Of a stretch of DNA of 47,300 nt, positions 44,790 through 47,300 are shown piece after piece (within the stretch, counting starts at the first letter, position 1; each line of letters begins with the position of its first letter). The stretch spans positions 1 through 47,300 of IMG/VR virus record IMGVR_UViG_3300006947_000019; one strand, written 5' to 3'. The DNA is from a virus. Lineage: Duplodnaviria; Caudoviricetes. Below the pieces are notes generated by a model that made no database searches, was not told the origin of the DNA, and saw only the letters and a list, made by a program, of their open reading frames with translations. The translations under genes were made by a program, and so were the position numbers.

Positions 44790-45941
44790 TTACACGTTAG
44801 TTTGTAAATATCCTTCGTACCCTCGTTGTTTGTTCCATATATGTGCCTGACCAGTTCTTTTAGCTTCATAACCCATCATCTTGTGCCAATCATCATTCTT
44901 GCATATTGAGGGTATAAACCTAACTTTAATTCCTCTATACTCATTTACCATCTCTTTATGTACATGTCCGCAATGCGCTTCTCTTGAAGTCGTACGCGCG
45001 AACATCATAGGTTGTTCAGTGGCCATTATTAAGGGCATATTAGCAGCCTTAACTTTATCGCCGTGTGTGAACATAATCATATTAACTCCGTACTCATAGT
45101 ATTTACGATGGTCGTATGAATTATCAATTACAACTTGCTCATCCTTTGTGAAGTACGCATCTAAGTATTCACCGGCATAAAACATACGTTCGTAATCATG
45201 ATTTCCCTGTATAACTATTACGTCAACTGGAGCATACTGAGATAGATACTGGATTGCTTTTACAATCAATGCGCAGTACCCCACAAATGTTTCTTTCCAA
45301 TCTGCTGAATCAAACTGAGGCGTACCTTTTGTAGTAGCCCTGCTTAGCCCTTCAGAATTCATACCATCATTACCTATTGGTAAAAGTATTTTTTCAATAT
45401 TTAAACCTTTAGCTTTAATCATAAGGTCTTCAATTACATCCATGTATTCATCTTCAGCCTCCTCTAAAGTTTGACCTGTATACTTTCCATAGTGAATATC
45501 AGGTAAAGATACCTCGTATGTAACGGGATCTTTTGCTTTACTAGATTCTACTCTTGCACGTATCGGGCTGTGGTTCTTAAGGATCTCAATAATTTCAGCC
45601 TTAGTATTATCTATGACTTCATCTTCCCCCTTAACGACAACAGAGAATCTTTTTTCTCCTCCCATATTCTGCCAGAACTTAACTGACTGAATATCATTCT
45701 TATCTATATCGTTTTCTTTAACAAACTGATCAAAGTCATTTAATTCGCTTTGGCCTGTATTCATGTTAGAGTTTGATAGAACCATGCTGGTAAATCCTCC
45801 CATCGCTTCTATTCGAGCTTCTTTTAAAGCTTCCTTACAAAGGTCTACATCGCATTCTAATTTTAAAGCTAATCTTCCTGCGCCCTCTTTAAGGTATCCA
45901 GGTTTAAGCTGTAAAAATTCTTTAATTTCAGATTTGGTCAT
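44790..45941 (-). CDS. Calcineurin-like metallophosphoesterase
   Basis: All five motifs: PDIHYG, GND, GNHD, THGD, GHVH. Confidence 0.88.
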   Translation of the reverse strand: MTKSEIKEFLQLKPGYLKEGAGRLALKLECDVDLCKEALKEARIEAMGGFTSMVLSNSNMNTGQSELNDFDQFVKENDIDKNDIQSVKFWQNMGGEKRFSVVVKGEDEVIDNTKAEIIEILKNHSPIRARVESSKAKDPVTYEVSLPDIHYGKYTGQTLEEAEDEYMDVIEDLMIKAKGLNIEKILLPIGNDGMNSEGLSRATTKGTPQFDSADWKETFVGYCALIVKAIQYLSQYAPVDVIVIQGNHDYERMFYAGEYLDAYFTKDEQVVIDNSYDHRKYYEYGVNMIMFTHGDKVKAANMPLIMATEQPMMFARTTSREAHCGHVHKEMVNEYRGIKVRFIPSICKNDDWHKMMGYEAKRTGQAHIWNKQRGYEGYLQTNV

Positions 45942-46324
45942 CGTTTTTTAATTTTCTCTATAGATCGTCCAGCAAAGTACGCTCCATATACGGTTATTAA
46001 AAGTGTTTGATAAATTGGTTTGTACGCATCGTCCATTCTAAATTCTCCTACATTACCGTCTACAAAAGACATAAGTACAAGAACTATAGTTAGAAAAGAA
46101 ATTATTAAAGGTCGTATATTTTTTGGTAGCCAGGCATCAGATTTCATATCTGCTTCCCATCTTTTACTTACTTGTTCTTGAGCTTGGGCCTCAGCCTGAA
46201 TAAGAACTTCTTTAATCTTTTGCTGTGCAGCTAATTTCTCTTCTTTAGATGTAGTTAAATTATCAAGTATTTCACCTACCTGTTTAATAACTCCTCCGCC
46301 TAGTATGTCTAATAATTTACTCAT
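45938..46324 (-). CDS. Holin (3TM / GTA-holin type)
   Basis: TSKEEK..A, RW.ADM.SD.WL.KNIRP, two hydrophobic helices, GAYF.GRS.EK. Confidence 0.8.
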   Translation of the reverse strand: MSKLLDILGGGVIKQVGEILDNLTTSKEEKLAAQQKIKEVLIQAEAQAQEQVSKRWEADMKSDAWLPKNIRPLIISFLTIVLVLMSFVDGNVGEFRMDDAYKPIYQTLLITVYGAYFAGRSIEKIKKR

Positions 46325-46697
46325 GTGTAAGTATTAAGTCTAAAGTTTTAGTATTATTGCCTTCTATTGAAACCTGTAAAGATCGACCTGCTTCATATTC
46401 AATCGTACCTGTCATTTCTATTACATTAATAGAAGAGCCTTCAGGTATTTCAATATTTTTAAAAAGATAATAATCATCGTTAACAATGTTTCCAGAAAGT
46501 CTTTTACCTTCACTATCTACATGTGTTGTGTAAGTTGAAGTTTTTCTAATAAACAAATCACAAGTAACAGAACTATCACAAGTATTAGTAAGCAATAAAG
46601 TTTTTACTACAACAGTTTTTCTTGCAGTAGCTATTATTGAAACTACTCTTGGATACGAATCACTTTCACCTGCTAAATGTCTATATATAACTGCCAT
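46317..46697 (-). CDS. Hypothetical beta-rich protein, probably virion-associated
   Basis: Overlaps the holin start; VVKTLLLTN...TCDL...IEIP pattern. Confidence 0.62.
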   Translation of the reverse strand: MAVIYRHLAGESDSYPRVVSIIATARKTVVVKTLLLTNTCDSSVTCDLFIRKTSTYTTHVDSEGKRLSGNIVNDDYYLFKNIEIPEGSSINVIEMTGTIEYEAGRSLQVSIEGNNTKTLDLILTHE

Positions 46698-46710
46698 TTT
46701 ATTATATTTA

Positions 46711-47004
46711 TTATGCTATTCTTACTATACCTCTACTATTCCATAACGCTCCTGTAGATAAATTTCTACTAGATGTAGGTAAGTTTGCCCCAGAGGTTGT
46801 GACCAACAACTCTGCACTGACTATATACCTCCTAAGCTCATCTATATCTTCTTGCATCTGCTGCATTTGATATAGCATAGCTGCCTCAGGTGGATACGTT
46901 TCTAGTTCTGTATGTTTGTTATTGTCAAAACTTGATTTTAATGCTGCTTTAGCGCTACCTGTTCTGCGATGTACTACTTCTGATTTCTTTGCTGCTAGTG
47001 CCAT
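46711..47004 (-). CDS. Hypothetical protein with short coiled coil and fibre-like C-terminal motif
   Basis: QMQQMQEDIDELRRYI then LPTSSRNLSTGALWNSRGIVRIA. Confidence 0.65.
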   Translation of the reverse strand: MALAAKKSEVVHRRTGSAKAALKSSFDNNKHTELETYPPEAAMLYQMQQMQEDIDELRRYIVSAELLVTTSGANLPTSSRNLSTGALWNSRGIVRIA

Positions 47005-47007
47005 ATC

Positions 47008-47300
47008 TTATACTGCTGCTATTGTCATTATTCCTCCGTTAACTTGTTCTCCTGATGTTTGTACTAACTGTATTAGTATGTAATTAGTAGCATCAGCTGT
47101 GGTATTTGTAATAGCCAAATTAGTCCCTATATTTCCTGTACCTAGCCCCACTATGGATCTATCATCTATATCGGCTTTATAAACTGTCATAGCCGAAGCT
47201 ACAGTTCCATAAATATGAACGTGAGTTGCCTTAAATCCTAAAGGTATTTCTACAGAAGCAAACATAGTATGAGTACCATGACTTTCTAACCACCTATCAC
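47008..47300 (-). CDS. 3' part of a hypothetical (tail/fibre-like) gene truncated by the window edge
   Basis: The frame stays open upstream of the 47265 ATG to the window end (...DRWLESHGTHT-MFASVEIP...). Confidence 0.6.
   Translation of the reverse strand, partial: DRWLESHGTHTMFASVEIPLGFKATHVHIYGTVASAMTVYKADIDDRSIVGLGTGNIGTNLAITNTTADATNYILIQLVQTSGEQVNGGIMTIAAV

Noticed and set aside
13904-45951. Numerous 60-150 aa + strand ORFs within the late module
   Set aside because: Antisense shadows (Ser/Leu/Phe-rich) of the large - strand genes; not supported as genes.
1-47300. Stop-codon reassignment (TAG or TGA), known in some crAss-like phages
   Set aside because: Very long ORFs are intact in the standard code, and both TAG (9249, 30650, 43335) and TGA (5384, 17631, 45938) end genes with the next gene or an intergenic element immediately after.
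1-47300. tRNA genes, integrase, reverse transcriptase/DGR
   Set aside because: Intergenic spaces are short with no cloverleaf, and no recombinase or RT motifs or template/variable repeat pair were seen.

Overview
A 47.3-kb segment of a lytic Bacteroidota phage, crAss-like (Crassvirales or a close relative). The host is probably a flavobacterium (inference). It is AT-rich, uses the standard code (TAA, TAG and TGA all act as stops), and its starts are A-rich with no Shine-Dalgarno. Two convergent blocks meet at a bidirectional terminator near 12.09 kb. The + strand (1-12070) opens with an array of small ORFs and a spore-photoproduct-lyase-family radical SAM gene, each junction marked by a 21-nt repeat (AACTAAAACAAGACTAAGATG) that carries a stop and the next start. 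It continues with an AAA ATPase, crAss-type primase, PD-(D/E)XK endonuclease, rIIA/rIIB and a 5'-3' exonuclease. The - strand (12115-47300) is the virion/late module: holin, metallophosphoesterase, ring/tail-tube proteins, IHF-like protein, two tiny basic proteins, a 2070-aa muzzle/tail-stabilisation protein and four ejected cargo proteins. The cargo proteins include a 4338-aa protein with a zincin motif and a two-barrel RNA polymerase (DYDID), and a 1839-aa protein with ART-like and RecB-type nuclease domains. The most unusual signals are the repeat-delimited gene-cassette array, a shared 'xxGG' motif in putative internal virion proteins, and 5'/3' UTR complementarity around rIIB. All protein calls come from motifs read by eye; no searches were run.
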